DNA from: a virus
Virus record (IMG/VR): IMGVR_UViG_3300030104_006883
Location: 121,928 to 185,927 of that record
Length of the DNA stretch: 64,000 nucleotides
Direction: 5' to 3' (one strand)
Program-made: the position numbers and the translations under genes
Notes under the pieces: model-generated
What the model was told of the DNA's origin: nothing
Database searches by the model: none
Seen by the model: the letters and a program-made list of their open reading frames with translations, nothing else
Shown here: one piece after another, positions 1 through 10,678 of the stretch
Position numbering within the stretch: position 1 is the first letter of the stretch
How the letters are laid out: each line of letters opens with the position of its first letter

Positions 1-735
1 GTCACGGCGATGACCAAGAAGCTCAAGGCCAAGTGGACCCCAGAGCTAGGTCAGGACCTCAATGCTTATCACAACCTTGATGCAGAGGTTGAGCTTACTT
101 CGGTTCTCTCCGAGCATATTGCTCTAGAGATCGATCGTGAGATCCTTGAGGATCTTGTTAAGGGCTCGACGGCTGGTACACTGTACTGGTCACGCCGTCC
201 TGGTAAGTTCGTTAACCGCGAGACAGGCGCAGGAATTAGTTCTTCAGCAAATGAGGAGCTTCTCGGTGCAGACTTCACGGGTACGGTATCTGAGTGGTAC
301 GAGACACTCATTGAGACAATCAATGACGTCTCCGCTAGAATCCACAGAAAGACTCTCCGTGGTGGCGCGAACTTCGTGGTGGTATCACCTGAAGTCGCTA
401 ACCTCATGGAGTTCACTTCTGGATTCCGCGCTTCTGTTACTCATGATGAGGACAGAGGAACCGCAGGTGCTGTAAGAGTAGGTAGCCTTAGCAAGAAGTT
501 CGATGTCTATGTCGATCCTTACTTCCCACGTAACGTGGTTCTAGTAGGTCGCAAGGGATCAAGCTTCCTTGAGAGTGGCTATGTATATGCCCCGTATGTA
601 CCTCTACAGGTCACACCGACCATCTTTGGTACGGAAGATTTCGTACCACGTAAGGGTGTCATGACCCGTTACGCCAAGAAGATGGTGCGTCCTGATATGT
701 ACGGTCTTGTCATCGTAGAAGACCTAATCGGGTAA
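1..735 (+). CDS. Major capsid protein, T4 gp23-like (C-terminal part, runs off the window start)
   Basis: KLKAKWTPELGQDLNAYH, EIDREIL, SGYVYAPYVPLQ, PRKGVMTRYA motifs typical of the gp23 family; frame is open from base 1. Confidence 0.93.
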   Translation, partial: VTAMTKKLKAKWTPELGQDLNAYHNLDAEVELTSVLSEHIALEIDREILEDLVKGSTAGTLYWSRRPGKFVNRETGAGISSSANEELLGADFTGTVSEWYETLIETINDVSARIHRKTLRGGANFVVVSPEVANLMEFTSGFRASVTHDEDRGTAGAVRVGSLSKKFDVYVDPYFPRNVVLVGRKGSSFLESGYVYAPYVPLQVTPTIFGTEDFVPRKGVMTRYAKKMVRPDMYGLVIVEDLIG

Positions 736-757
736 TTTTAGAGCTACTATAGCTTAG

Positions 758-790
758 AAAAAGGTCTCCACGAAAGTGGAGGCCTTTTTT
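758..790 (+). terminator. Rho-independent terminator after capsid gene
   Basis: AGGTCTCCAC-GAAA-GTGGAGGCCT stem-loop followed by T6. Confidence 0.9.
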
Positions 791-851
791 GTTTCTAAGT
801 CCGAAATGCACATATGGACACTATTTACTCATAGCGCAGGAGACAACATGC

Positions 852-2183
852 ATGGCAATGCCCACCCTATCACCAAAACAAAATCCAAGCCCTGTGGTTT
901 TGACCTCCACTGGCTCAACTGCTGAGTCGAGTGAAAACGAGTGGGACAATTCCGCTGGCAATTCTACAAACTACGCGTTTGGTATTTATTTAACCAACCA
1001 ATACGGTGCTTCCAATAACGATTTTATTTCCGGCGCATCGGATCAAGTAGCCTACACTTATAAGAAGCTAGGCGGAGATGTATTAGATATTGAGTTAACT
1101 GTTGGAAATATTTATACTGCTTATGAAGAGGCAGTTTTAGAGTATTCTTATATTGTCAACATACACCAAGCCAAAAATGTCTTGGGCGACTTGATGGGCA
1201 ACAGAACTGGGTCGTTTGACCAAGATGGCGAAATGAAAACTGGAGAACTCTCTTCGAGTCTTGGAGGGGACAGAGTAGAGCTAAAGATGCCAAGATTTAC
1301 CTTTGAGTATTCTAGGAGAGCTTCTGATGGAGTTTCTGAAGCTGTTGGTATCGGAGGGGCTTTGCCGGAATATTCCGCGTCGTTCGATTCGGTTAATGAT
1401 AAACAAGATTATGATTTACAATCAATAATTTACTCTGCCTCAATTGATGGAACCACCGCTGGGAGCCTATTTACAGGATCCATAGGCAAAAATAAAATTA
1501 CAATTAAAAAAGTATTCTATAAAACTCCCCACGCTATGTGGAGGTTCTATGGCTATTATGGTGGTTTGAACGCAGTAGGAAACATGTCAACGTATGGAAT
1601 GTTTTCTGACGATTCAACGTTTGAAGTAATTCCTGCATGGCAAAATAAAGCACAAGCAATGGCCTATGAAGATGCCATTTATACTAGAAATTCTCATTAT
1701 TCTTATGAAATAAAAAACAATACTTTAAGACTTTTCCCTTCACCAACGTCGATGTCCCCGGACAAGTTCTGGGTCCAGTTCACAGTAAAAACAGATGCTT
1801 GGGTAGAAGAGTCTGACAAGGAAGGCGGCGCTGATGGTGTTAATAATATGAACACGCTGCCATTTGCTAATATACCATATGCAAGCATTAACAGCATCGG
1901 TAAGCAATGGATTAGAAGATTTGCATTAGCGACTGCAAAAGAAATGCTAGCACAGGTGAGAGGAAAGTTTGGTAATACGATACCAATTCCAGGGGACAAT
2001 GTTAACCTAAACGCAACTGAGCTTTTGTCCCAAGCAAAGGATGAGCAACAGGCACTGAGAGAAGAACTGAAGACAGTTCTTGATGAGCTAACTTATGCGA
2101 AGCTTTCCGAGAGAGACGCCACTATACAGGGGAATGTCAACAACACTATGAAGGTGGTGCCGTCTGGCATTTATACAGGGTAG
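852..2183 (+). CDS. Neck/head-completion protein (gp13-like)
   Basis: Position after MCP; KLGGDVLDIEL and WIRRFALATAKEMLAQVRGKF motifs; start moved to ATG 852 (AGGAG upstream). Confidence 0.65.
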   Translation: MAMPTLSPKQNPSPVVLTSTGSTAESSENEWDNSAGNSTNYAFGIYLTNQYGASNNDFISGASDQVAYTYKKLGGDVLDIELTVGNIYTAYEEAVLEYSYIVNIHQAKNVLGDLMGNRTGSFDQDGEMKTGELSSSLGGDRVELKMPRFTFEYSRRASDGVSEAVGIGGALPEYSASFDSVNDKQDYDLQSIIYSASIDGTTAGSLFTGSIGKNKITIKKVFYKTPHAMWRFYGYYGGLNAVGNMSTYGMFSDDSTFEVIPAWQNKAQAMAYEDAIYTRNSHYSYEIKNNTLRLFPSPTSMSPDKFWVQFTVKTDAWVEESDKEGGADGVNNMNTLPFANIPYASINSIGKQWIRRFALATAKEMLAQVRGKFGNTIPIPGDNVNLNATELLSQAKDEQQALREELKTVLDELTYAKLSERDATIQGNVNNTMKVVPSGIYTG

Positions 2184-2193
2184 GGGGAGTTAG

Positions 2194-2673
2194 ATGTCTA
2201 AATGGAAGCAGCCAGATAGTCCCCCGCCTCCCTTATTTGCTGGGAAAAAAGAACGAGATCTTGTAAAGCAAGTTAATGACGAGCTAATTGAAAGAGTCAT
2301 AGGACAGCAAATAGTTTATTATCCAATTAGTTTAGAAAAAACTGACTTTCACCCTGTCTATGGAGAAGCGATAAAAAAATCTTTTTTGCCTCCGGTAAGG
2401 GTTTATGCGCTAGTTGAGTATGGAGGGAACCAAAGTAATTCAGATGTCTTTGGTATAGATAAGACTTCTACAATAACTGTTTCATTTCACAAAAGAAGAC
2501 TCTTAGAAGAACAAGACTTATATGTAAGAGAAGGTGACTTTGTGCTATATGGAGAACAATATTACGAAATCACAACGATAACCTGGCAAAGACAGCTATT
2601 TGGCCAGATTGACCATAGATTTGAGATTATTGCTAGTTGTACGAGAGCCAGAGAGGGACTATTCAATGTCTGA
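2194..2673 (+). CDS. Neck/head-closure protein (gp14-like)
   Basis: Synteny; 'VIGQQIVYY...YGEAIKK..LPPVRVYALV' pattern of myophage neck proteins. Confidence 0.6.
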   Translation: MSKWKQPDSPPPPLFAGKKERDLVKQVNDELIERVIGQQIVYYPISLEKTDFHPVYGEAIKKSFLPPVRVYALVEYGGNQSNSDVFGIDKTSTITVSFHKRRLLEEQDLYVREGDFVLYGEQYYEITTITWQRQLFGQIDHRFEIIASCTRAREGLFNV

Positions 2674-3568
2674 TCCTAAGAACGAACATAAAAGTAAACT
2701 TGATTATAGCTTTACGGGACTAGAAGACACTTCAAAGGTGCAAGAAAAGATTTTAGAGCCCTCAACTTTAGAAACTATAGATGAATCTCTATATGATTTT
2801 GTCAACGAGCTTGACATCTTTGCTACGACAAACCGAGGGTTTAGCAAAGTCCCAGTAATTTGGACATCAGCGGAGAGAGCTTTTCATATTAAAGAGTCGC
2901 CGGAGCTACACGACTTAAACGGAAATATAATTCTTCCTGTTATTTCGATTGTTAGAGGTAATATAACTAAAGATCCTGCAAATCGCGGAGGAATATATGC
3001 GAATGCACTCCCACAGAACAAAGAAGGCGGCACTATAACAATAGCAAGAAGGATCAAGCAGGATAAGACTTCGAACTTTGCGAATGCAGACGCCAAGAGA
3101 CTACACGATCAAAGTACTTTCAAGAGAAAAAATGAAAAAGTTGTATACGAGACAATAACGATGCCATTGCCGGTATATGTTGATGTAGAATACTCAATTT
3201 ATGTTAGAACAGAGTACCAACAACAGATGAACGAGATAACAACACCATTTTTGAATGTCGGCAGAGGCCTAAATTATTTCAGCTTGGGAGCGAATGGTCA
3301 CAGGTTTGAAGGCTTTATAGATCCTACACATAATTTTGAAACAAACGCTTTAGACGTAGCTGATCAGGAAAAAACTTTTTTGACTACTATAAATTTAAAG
3401 GTAAGAGGCTATCTTGTAGGGAATGACAAGAACCAGGCACCGCCAAAACTTGTTAAAACGCAAAACGCTGTTGAGGTTCGACTACCGAAAGAGCATGTTA
3501 TTTTTGGAGACATACCGGAAACTACAGACAAGGCCTTTTATAGGGAACAATCCTTAAAAACGAAATAG
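2666..3568 (+). CDS. Tail terminator/completion protein (gp15-like)
   Basis: Between neck and sheath; 'VPVIWTSAER', 'IILPVISI', 'QQQMNEI' motifs; start moved to ATG 2666. Confidence 0.55.
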   Translation: MSDPKNEHKSKLDYSFTGLEDTSKVQEKILEPSTLETIDESLYDFVNELDIFATTNRGFSKVPVIWTSAERAFHIKESPELHDLNGNIILPVISIVRGNITKDPANRGGIYANALPQNKEGGTITIARRIKQDKTSNFANADAKRLHDQSTFKRKNEKVVYETITMPLPVYVDVEYSIYVRTEYQQQMNEITTPFLNVGRGLNYFSLGANGHRFEGFIDPTHNFETNALDVADQEKTFLTTINLKVRGYLVGNDKNQAPPKLVKTQNAVEVRLPKEHVIFGDIPETTDKAFYREQSLKTK

Positions 3569-3646
3569 CCCCAATTTTATTCTTTTCGTCGCTCCATTTA
3601 CTATTTAATAGAGAATAACCATTTTATTTCATGGGAGAACATTAAC

Positions 3647-6600
3647 ATGTCGGTTAAGAAGTTTAAATTTGTTTCACCTGGAGTTTTCATCAATGAGATC
3701 GATAACTCCCAAAGACCAAACGAGCCAACAGGAAGAGGCCCACTTATCATCGGTAGAACCGAAAGAGGCCCATCAATGGTGCCGTATCAAGTAAATTCTT
3801 TTGCAGAATTTGTAACTGTATTCGGCAATCCAATCTCTGGCAAAACAAACACAGATAGTTGGAGAGATGGCAATTACGGCGCTCCAACATACGCTGCATA
3901 TGCGGCACAAGCTTGGTTGACAAATAATTCCCCCGTGACAATAGTCAGGCTTCTTGGTGATGAGAATTCCAAAGGCACTGGAACCGGAGACGCATTGGCA
4001 GGGTGGAACACAGCGAACGAAATTAAGGCCGCTGGAGCTTCTAACGTTATCGCAGGCGGCGGAGCCTATGGCCTTTGGCTTGTTGATAGCGGTTCCAATA
4101 TCGAGGATGGCACAGGCGGGTCCTCGAACTTCATGTTCGGCGCGGGCGTTACTGGAACACTAGGGGCGATTTTTTATACCAACACCGGTTGCCCACAGCT
4201 AAGCGGGTCGACCGCTGGATACAATATAGCTCCATCTGATGGCATACCTGATGTAACAGGCTCTGCAATTTGGGTCAAGTCTACAGCCGATAAGACCTTT
4301 AAGCTTGTTATGATGGATGGATCTACGGATGTGGCGGCTGCGGCTACTGAAACCGTTACATTTAATTTCGATAGAACTTCAAGCAAGTATATTAGAAAGG
4401 TTTTAAATACAAATCCGGTATTGACAAACTCCGATGTTTCTTCAGACACGAAGAACTTTTGGCTTGGTGAGACTTTCGAAAGAGAAGTATACAATAGATG
4501 CTCTGGCTCCACACAATGGGGAGTTATTTTGCCAATGGCCCAATTCGGAACAGCCAGTAACCAGTGGCAGGAGCATAACTATGGAATGAGAAGATCTAAG
4601 ACTGGCTGGTTTATTTCCCAGGACGTGAGAACGACTCCGGGGTCCGCTGTGGAAACTAGCAATGTCTTGAGCCCCGTGTATAGTCCAGAAAGCATGCAAA
4701 AGCTTTTCAAAATTCATTCATTGGGGTGGGGCGAGTGGAACCAGAACAATCTTAAGATCTCTATCGAGAATGTGTCGGCACCTACCAATAATTCAGACCC
4801 TTATGGTCACTTTAGTGTGAGAGTTAGAAAGATAGAAGACAATGATGGTGCTTTGAAGACTGTCGAGCTATACGACAACTGCAATCTTAATCCTAATTCT
4901 GAAAACTACATCGCCAAGATGATCGGCGATAGGTACATCGAGTGGGATGAAGACACAAAGCGATACACAGAGTATGGGAATTATGATAATAATTCGCAAT
5001 TTATCAGAGTCGAAATGAATACTGATGTTGACGACGGAACAACGGACGCCTCGTATCTACCGTTTGGTGTTTATGGGCACCCAAGGTTTGCACCTTGGCG
5101 GTTTGTGTCTGGAACGACAGGCCCTATTAAGTTAGCCTCTGCGGCGACCTCTGGATCTGTTGACTATGCCAACACATATATCTCATCCTTTGTAGGCGGA
5201 GTAACTTCGTTCATCCCAGGAGGTCAGTATCGCAATGATGCAAACAATTCGGATGCTTGGATTGGCGTTGCTCCGTCAGCTTCTAATAACGTTGCACAAG
5301 CAGGGGCGCACGCTCCCTTTGTATTCCCCGCTGTCCCACTAAGGTCTGGGTCGTTAGATGGAAACATCCAGAGCCCAAGACAGGCATACTTCGGTGCAGA
5401 TGTGCTTAGAAAAGAGGGTGGAGTCTTTTATCTTGACTTTGAAAAATCAACAAGAGATATTCTTAGGGCGCTCCCTGACAGCCATAAAGACAGTGACACT
5501 GTGGCAAACCAGCTTGAGTGGTCTTGGGTATTCTCCCTGGATGATGTAAGTGGTACTTTTGGCAATAGTGTATCCTACTCCTCTGGTAGCCGCGCGACAG
5601 GGCGCTCAATAACTGCGGGCTCTGGTTCGTGGCAAGATGTTTTGACCGCAGGGTTCAACAAGTTCACTACTGTGCTCTATGGAGGTTTTGACGGTCTTAG
5701 AATTGATGAATCGGACCCGTTTAGAAACACGTTTACTACTGACGGGACGGAAACAACTAATTATGCTTACAACTCTATTAAGAGAGCTATTGACTCCGCG
5801 AAAGACCCAGAGGTAGTCGATTACAACATCGCACTTGCTCCTGGCGTCACTACTAGCGGATTGACTGACCACTTAATCAATATTTGCGAAGATCGAGGCG
5901 ACGCACTAGCAATCGTAGATTTGGCAGGAGGTTATGTACCTAGTTCCGAGAATACCACGGCACAGTCAGGAAGATTGGGCAGCGTCAATACAACAATTAC
6001 CAATCTAAATAACCGTGGCATTAACTCTAGTTACGGGTGTGCATACTACCCCTGGGTACAGGCTAGGGACACGCTAAACAACGCTACTGTTTGGGTACCA
6101 CCATCTGTTGCCGCATTGGGCGCTATGTCCAACAGTGAAAGAAAGCAAGATCTTTGGTTTGCTCCTGCTGGGTTTAACAGAGGCGGTCTCTCCAAGGGAG
6201 ACGGAGGCATCCCGGTAGTGGGCGTAGCTGAAAAGCTCACTGCTGAAAACCGCGACAAGCTTTACGATGCAAACATCAATCCTATCGCTTCTTTCCCAAA
6301 TGAAGGTATCGTTATCTTCGGACAGAAGACTCTTCAAGTAACGCCTTCGGCTCTTGACAGAGTAAATGTTAGAAGATTGATGATCTTTGTTAAGAAGAGC
6401 ATTTCCCAGATGGCGAATCAGGTTCTGTTCGACCAGAACACGATCACGACGTGGAATAGGTTCACAGGAAAGGTTAATCCGTTCCTAGCGAGCATTAAGG
6501 CTAGATTTGGTCTAGATGATTTCAAGGTTGTCCTCGATAATACGACGACTACACCAGACCTAGTTGACAGAAACATTATTTATGCGAAGATCTTCTTAAA

Positions 6601-6673
6601 GCCAACAAAGGCTGTAGAGTACATCGCTATTGACTTCACAATTACTAATAGTGGAGCGTCTTTCGAGGACTAA
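3647..6673 (+). CDS. Tail sheath protein
   Basis: N-terminal FVSPGVFINEID and C-terminal WFAPAGFNRG, INPIASFP, GQKTLQ, LDRVNVRRL, IFLKPTKAVEYI motifs. Confidence 0.95.
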   Translation: MSVKKFKFVSPGVFINEIDNSQRPNEPTGRGPLIIGRTERGPSMVPYQVNSFAEFVTVFGNPISGKTNTDSWRDGNYGAPTYAAYAAQAWLTNNSPVTIVRLLGDENSKGTGTGDALAGWNTANEIKAAGASNVIAGGGAYGLWLVDSGSNIEDGTGGSSNFMFGAGVTGTLGAIFYTNTGCPQLSGSTAGYNIAPSDGIPDVTGSAIWVKSTADKTFKLVMMDGSTDVAAAATETVTFNFDRTSSKYIRKVLNTNPVLTNSDVSSDTKNFWLGETFEREVYNRCSGSTQWGVILPMAQFGTASNQWQEHNYGMRRSKTGWFISQDVRTTPGSAVETSNVLSPVYSPESMQKLFKIHSLGWGEWNQNNLKISIENVSAPTNNSDPYGHFSVRVRKIEDNDGALKTVELYDNCNLNPNSENYIAKMIGDRYIEWDEDTKRYTEYGNYDNNSQFIRVEMNTDVDDGTTDASYLPFGVYGHPRFAPWRFVSGTTGPIKLASAATSGSVDYANTYISSFVGGVTSFIPGGQYRNDANNSDAWIGVAPSASNNVAQAGAHAPFVFPAVPLRSGSLDGNIQSPRQAYFGADVLRKEGGVFYLDFEKSTRDILRALPDSHKDSDTVANQLEWSWVFSLDDVSGTFGNSVSYSSGSRATGRSITAGSGSWQDVLTAGFNKFTTVLYGGFDGLRIDESDPFRNTFTTDGTETTNYAYNSIKRAIDSAKDPEVVDYNIALAPGVTTSGLTDHLINICEDRGDALAIVDLAGGYVPSSENTTAQSGRLGSVNTTITNLNNRGINSSYGCAYYPWVQARDTLNNATVWVPPSVAALGAMSNSERKQDLWFAPAGFNRGGLSKGDGGIPVVGVAEKLTAENRDKLYDANINPIASFPNEGIVIFGQKTLQVTPSALDRVNVRRLMIFVKKSISQMANQVLFDQNTITTWNRFTGKVNPFLASIKARFGLDDFKVVLDNTTTTPDLVDRNIIYAKIFLKPTKAVEYIAIDFTITNSGASFED

Positions 6674-6718
6674 AAATAAAACAAATATCTATTTAAATTA
6701 TAGAGGAGAACTAAAAAC

Positions 6719-7258
6719 ATGGGGTCAACTTCATTCTGGTCTGATCAAAGTATTGAGCCAAAGAGAAAATCAAGATTTATTTTATCACTAGGGGGGATCG
6801 AGCATTGGATTGTAAAGTCAGGTGCAAAGCCTAGCTTCGATATCAATGTAACGGAGCATACTTATCTTAATCATAAGTTCTACTACCCCGGAACAGTTAC
6901 CTGGAATGAGATTGAAGTTACACTTGTTGATCCGCTAAGACCGGATTCAACAGCTACTATGTATCAGGTTCTTCTCTCGTCGGGCTATATCCCGCCTACG
7001 AGCCAGGGAGAAGCAGAGTCAGGCACGGTCTCTAAGAAGAATTCTACTGCCGCCATGAACAATGTAACCATTTCCCATCTTGGACCGGGCGGAATAGATG
7101 ATATTCTAGACACATGGACACTAAATAATGCGTTTGTCTCTAGAGTTAACTGGGGTGACTTAAGTTACGAAGATGATAGTCTTGTTGACATCGTTCTCGG
7201 ATTAAGATATGATTTCGCTACATACGAGACAACAAGTACCCCTTCAAGCGGTATTTAA
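6719..7258 (+). CDS. Tail tube protein (gp19-like)
   Basis: Follows sheath; EPKRKSRF, YPGTVTW, WTLNNAF, GDLSYE, LRYDFA motifs. Confidence 0.88.
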   Translation: MGSTSFWSDQSIEPKRKSRFILSLGGIEHWIVKSGAKPSFDINVTEHTYLNHKFYYPGTVTWNEIEVTLVDPLRPDSTATMYQVLLSSGYIPPTSQGEAESGTVSKKNSTAAMNNVTISHLGPGGIDDILDTWTLNNAFVSRVNWGDLSYEDDSLVDIVLGLRYDFATYETTSTPSSGI

Positions 7259-7284
7259 AGAACTAATAACATAGTGAGGTAAAT

Positions 7285-8127
7285 ATGAGTTCAAGCAGGA
7301 ACGAGGCCCGCATGGGAGTCCCAGAGGACGCCCCACAGCCTCAGACTCAGCAAGGAGATCCTCTCTCTTTTGCTGTTCCTACCGAGTTAGTGGAGATCCC
7401 ATCTAAGGGTAAATTTTACCCAGAGGGCCACCCGCTGCATAATGTTGAGACGGTGGAGATGCGCTTCATGACGGCGAAGGAAGAAGATATTCTTACTTCT
7501 CAATCGTTAATCAAGAAAGGCGTTGTTATCGATAGGCTCCTACAGAGTCTTTTGATAGATAAAAGAATTACACTTGATACCCTTTTGGTAGGGGACAAGA
7601 ACGCTTTAGTAATTGCTGCTAGAGCGAGCGGCTATGGTAATGAGTATGAGACGAAAGTACCTTGTCCTTCTTGCGGCTCCACTGTCGAGTATTCTTTTGA
7701 TCTTGACGAAGTTGAAGTAAAAGAGATCTTTTCAGACGACGATCTAGGGATCAGCTTTACGGGCGCGAATACTTTTAGTATACAACTACCAAAGACTGGA
7801 GCCACCGTTGAAGTTCGCCCTATGACTGGCGCAGATGAAAGATTTATCGCCCAGCAGGCGGAAAGAAGAAAGAAGAATAAGCTAGCAGACAACGCTTTAA
7901 CTACGCAGCTAAAGCGAATGATAGTAGCAATCAACGGCGACGCAGACTCTGCAACTATTAATAAATTCGTTGATAGTATGCCTGCTTTCGACTCTAGACA
8001 TCTAAGAGGCGCTTATACGAAAATTGTTCCTGATATTGACATGCAACAGGAATTTACTTGCTCTGAATGTGGCCATGAGCAAATTATGGAGGTGCCGCTC
8101 ACAGCGGACTTCTTTTGGCCTCGATAA
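7285..8127 (+). CDS. Tail assembly chaperone / baseplate hub assembly protein (gp26-like) with two CxxC motifs
   Basis: LPSKG-like 'IPSKGKFY', MTAKEEDILT, CPSC and CSEC; located between tube and tape measure. Confidence 0.75.
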   Translation: MSSSRNEARMGVPEDAPQPQTQQGDPLSFAVPTELVEIPSKGKFYPEGHPLHNVETVEMRFMTAKEEDILTSQSLIKKGVVIDRLLQSLLIDKRITLDTLLVGDKNALVIAARASGYGNEYETKVPCPSCGSTVEYSFDLDEVEVKEIFSDDDLGISFTGANTFSIQLPKTGATVEVRPMTGADERFIAQQAERRKKNKLADNALTTQLKRMIVAINGDADSATINKFVDSMPAFDSRHLRGAYTKIVPDIDMQQEFTCSECGHEQIMEVPLTADFFWPR

Positions 8128-8302
8128 CATATATATAGAAAACGTATATGAGCAGATATTTTTCTTAAAATACCATGGCAATTGGTCTTTCATGGAGGCA
8201 TATAACCTCCCCATCAAGATCCGCGCTTGGTTTTTGCACAGGCTATCGCAACAGATAGATAAAGAGAACAAAGCGATGGAAAAAGCTACAAAGGGTAAAT
8301 AA
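8114..8302 (+). CDS. Frameshift extension of the tail chaperone (GT-like C-terminal part)
   Basis: Open +1 frame without a good own start; reachable by TTT-to-TTT +1 slip at 8113-8116; encodes YEQIFFLKYHG..FMEAYNLPI. Confidence 0.6.
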   Translation, partial: FGLDNIYIENVYEQIFFLKYHGNWSFMEAYNLPIKIRAWFLHRLSQQIDKENKAMEKATKGK

Positions 8303-8338
8303 TCTGTTATAAACTATTTACTTAGAAGGAGCTTTGTA

Positions 8339-8659
8339 ATGGAAGAAAAGGTATTCGATCTAGGCGCAGCAAAAAGAACTTCGGAGCTAAATGAAGGCTT
8401 CTTGGAGACTTTTGGCTATTTTGCTGAAATGGGCCTAAAAAGACTATTCGGATACGATCTTGGTATACCTTTAAAAGTAAAGGGCACCCCTTCGGAAATT
8501 AAAGCTTTCAGCAGCGCTCTAAACAGCGAAAAGAAATATATGGAGGCCTACAAAAAGCATGGCCTTACTGATTCTAGAACATTAAACAATAAGACTCTTC
8601 TTGATAAAGCGGTGGCTAAATTCCAGAAAGCCACCGGCCTGAAGTGGCCTTTTAAATAG
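8339..8659 (+). CDS. Hypothetical virion-associated protein
   Basis: ORF with SD and ACTATTTA motif, between chaperone and tape measure. Confidence 0.5.
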   Translation: MEEKVFDLGAAKRTSELNEGFLETFGYFAEMGLKRLFGYDLGIPLKVKGTPSEIKAFSSALNSEKKYMEAYKKHGLTDSRTLNNKTLLDKAVAKFQKATGLKWPFK

Positions 8660-8670
8660 GAGGCTAGCTC

Positions 8671-10668
8671 GTGGCAGAAGAAGATGAGATAAGAATTGAA
8701 AATATAAGTAGAATCAAAGAAGAAACAGAGGCTCGGAAGGCTCTTCTCGATGTGACTCAACAGGAACAGGCTGAGATCGCAAAGCAGATAGCTACGCTCA
8801 AGGCAAAGAACGAACTCAGCGACGCAGAGCAGGACACCCTACAAAAGCTTTTACAGGTAAGAAAAGATAATATAGAGATCATGGTAAAGACTCGCGCAGA
8901 GCTTGACAAGGCCAGCGAGAAATACCAGGAAGTCACTAATAAAATAAAAGAACTACAAGATGTCGGTAAAACTGCTGCGGATAATATAAAAGACCTCGGA
9001 AGAGCTTTCGGAATACCTAAGAATTTTGAAAAAGGGCTTGTTGGCTCTATCATAAAGCTGGGTATGATGAACAGCAAAACAGAGGAAGGTCAAAAGGCGA
9101 TGCAAGGCTTTAAAAAGAGCTTTGAGGGCACTTTTAGCAAGGCCAATATCTTGATGGCAGCTACAGGGTTTATATTAACCGCTGTGCAAGATGCCGCAAT
9201 GTTCCTATTTAAGAGCTTAAAAGACGTTGTGATCGCCTTCGATGAGATGAGGGCTTCTGTTAACAAAAACATTTTATCTGGGCAAGAATACGCTCAAATA
9301 GCTAAAGAAACATCAGCAGCCAATCTCTACCTCGGAGTTACAGCAGAAGTTGCAGCCGAAAGTGTGTCTGCTATCGCTCAAAACCTAGATTTAGCAAGCG
9401 ATAGAAACAAGATGTTCGCCCAGGAGTTAACACTCACTGTTTCCAAGATGCACATTTTAGGCGCGGACGCCAAGCAAACCACCCAGGCCTTATCATTCTT
9501 CCAAAGAGGCCTTAAATTAAATGCAACAGCCGCGAAGGCTATGACAATGGAAGTCTTCCAACTTTCCCAGGGTCTAAAAACGAATCTTGGAGAGGCGTTC
9601 GATCAATTAAATACAGCGATGCCTACGCTAGCGGCTCATGGAGACGACATGATGAAGGTGTTCGAGGGATTAGCGATTCAATCGAGAGCCTCTGGGGCAT
9701 CTATGCAGACTCTTCTGAGTGTGGCTGGCAAATTTGATGAATTCCGAACAGGTGCGGAGGCAGCGGCAGCTTTAAACAGCATTATGGGAGGAGCGCTGCT
9801 CAACTCTACAGAGCTTGTGAGAATGAGCGAGGAAGAGAGATTAAAAACAATCGTAAGCACAATCCAGGCGCAAGGGGTTGCCTTTAAAGACATGGATCGA
9901 TATGAGAAAAAGTTAATTGCTAGCAAGCTGGGTATCACTGACATGGCAGAGGCAAACAAACTATTTGGAATGAGCATGTCAGAATATGACGAATATAGAA
10001 ATCAAGTAGATGCAGCAGAAAAGTCACAACAAGCGCTGGCTGACGCGGTTCTAAAAGCGACGCCAATAATCCAACAACTACAGCAGCTTGTGATGGATTT
10101 CGTAGTGGCATATGGTGATGATATCGAAGCCTTATTAAGAGGTACTTTGGATTTAGCAAAGAGCTTTATGGAATGGAAGAAGTCAGGGGAGTGGCTCTCA
10201 CCCTGGGGGGCCGCAGTTGTAGGTATCCTTGGTTCGGTAACAGCCGCTCTGGGGCTCTTTGTCGCAATGGTTGTTAAATTAGCAGCAGTTGCTCTTCCAT
10301 TAAAACCTATACTTGCAGGCTTGGGCGCGGCTGTCGCGCCTCTAGCTGCTGGTATGGGCCTCGCGGGCGGCACAGCCACAGCCACAGCCGCTGCTGGCGC
10401 AGGCGCTGCTGCGGGGGGAGCAGGATTGTTGGTTGCTGGCAAGGTACTGGCGGTTCTTGCTGGAGTGGCGGCACTTGGCTATGCGGGTTATAAGCTCTTT
10501 GAGGGTAACGATAGAGCAACACCAGCACCAGCCCAGGCCCAGCGAGCATCTCAGGGAGATTTTGTAATAGACAATGCAACCCTGAACCTCACTTTTAGTG
10601 CAGAAGAAACAGTGAAAATATCAAAGACACTTACAAGCGTTGGATTAAAAGCCAACGGGATGACATAG
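8671..10668 (+). CDS. Tape measure protein
   Basis: Ala/Leu-rich helical 665 aa with N-terminal coiled coil and hydrophobic Gly/Ala-rich segments; canonical position. Confidence 0.8.
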   Translation: MAEEDEIRIENISRIKEETEARKALLDVTQQEQAEIAKQIATLKAKNELSDAEQDTLQKLLQVRKDNIEIMVKTRAELDKASEKYQEVTNKIKELQDVGKTAADNIKDLGRAFGIPKNFEKGLVGSIIKLGMMNSKTEEGQKAMQGFKKSFEGTFSKANILMAATGFILTAVQDAAMFLFKSLKDVVIAFDEMRASVNKNILSGQEYAQIAKETSAANLYLGVTAEVAAESVSAIAQNLDLASDRNKMFAQELTLTVSKMHILGADAKQTTQALSFFQRGLKLNATAAKAMTMEVFQLSQGLKTNLGEAFDQLNTAMPTLAAHGDDMMKVFEGLAIQSRASGASMQTLLSVAGKFDEFRTGAEAAAALNSIMGGALLNSTELVRMSEEERLKTIVSTIQAQGVAFKDMDRYEKKLIASKLGITDMAEANKLFGMSMSEYDEYRNQVDAAEKSQQALADAVLKATPIIQQLQQLVMDFVVAYGDDIEALLRGTLDLAKSFMEWKKSGEWLSPWGAAVVGILGSVTAALGLFVAMVVKLAAVALPLKPILAGLGAAVAPLAAGMGLAGGTATATAAAGAGAAAGGAGLLVAGKVLAVLAGVAALGYAGYKLFEGNDRATPAPAQAQRASQGDFVIDNATLNLTFSAEETVKISKTLTSVGLKANGMT

Positions 10669-10678
10669 GGGACAACAA

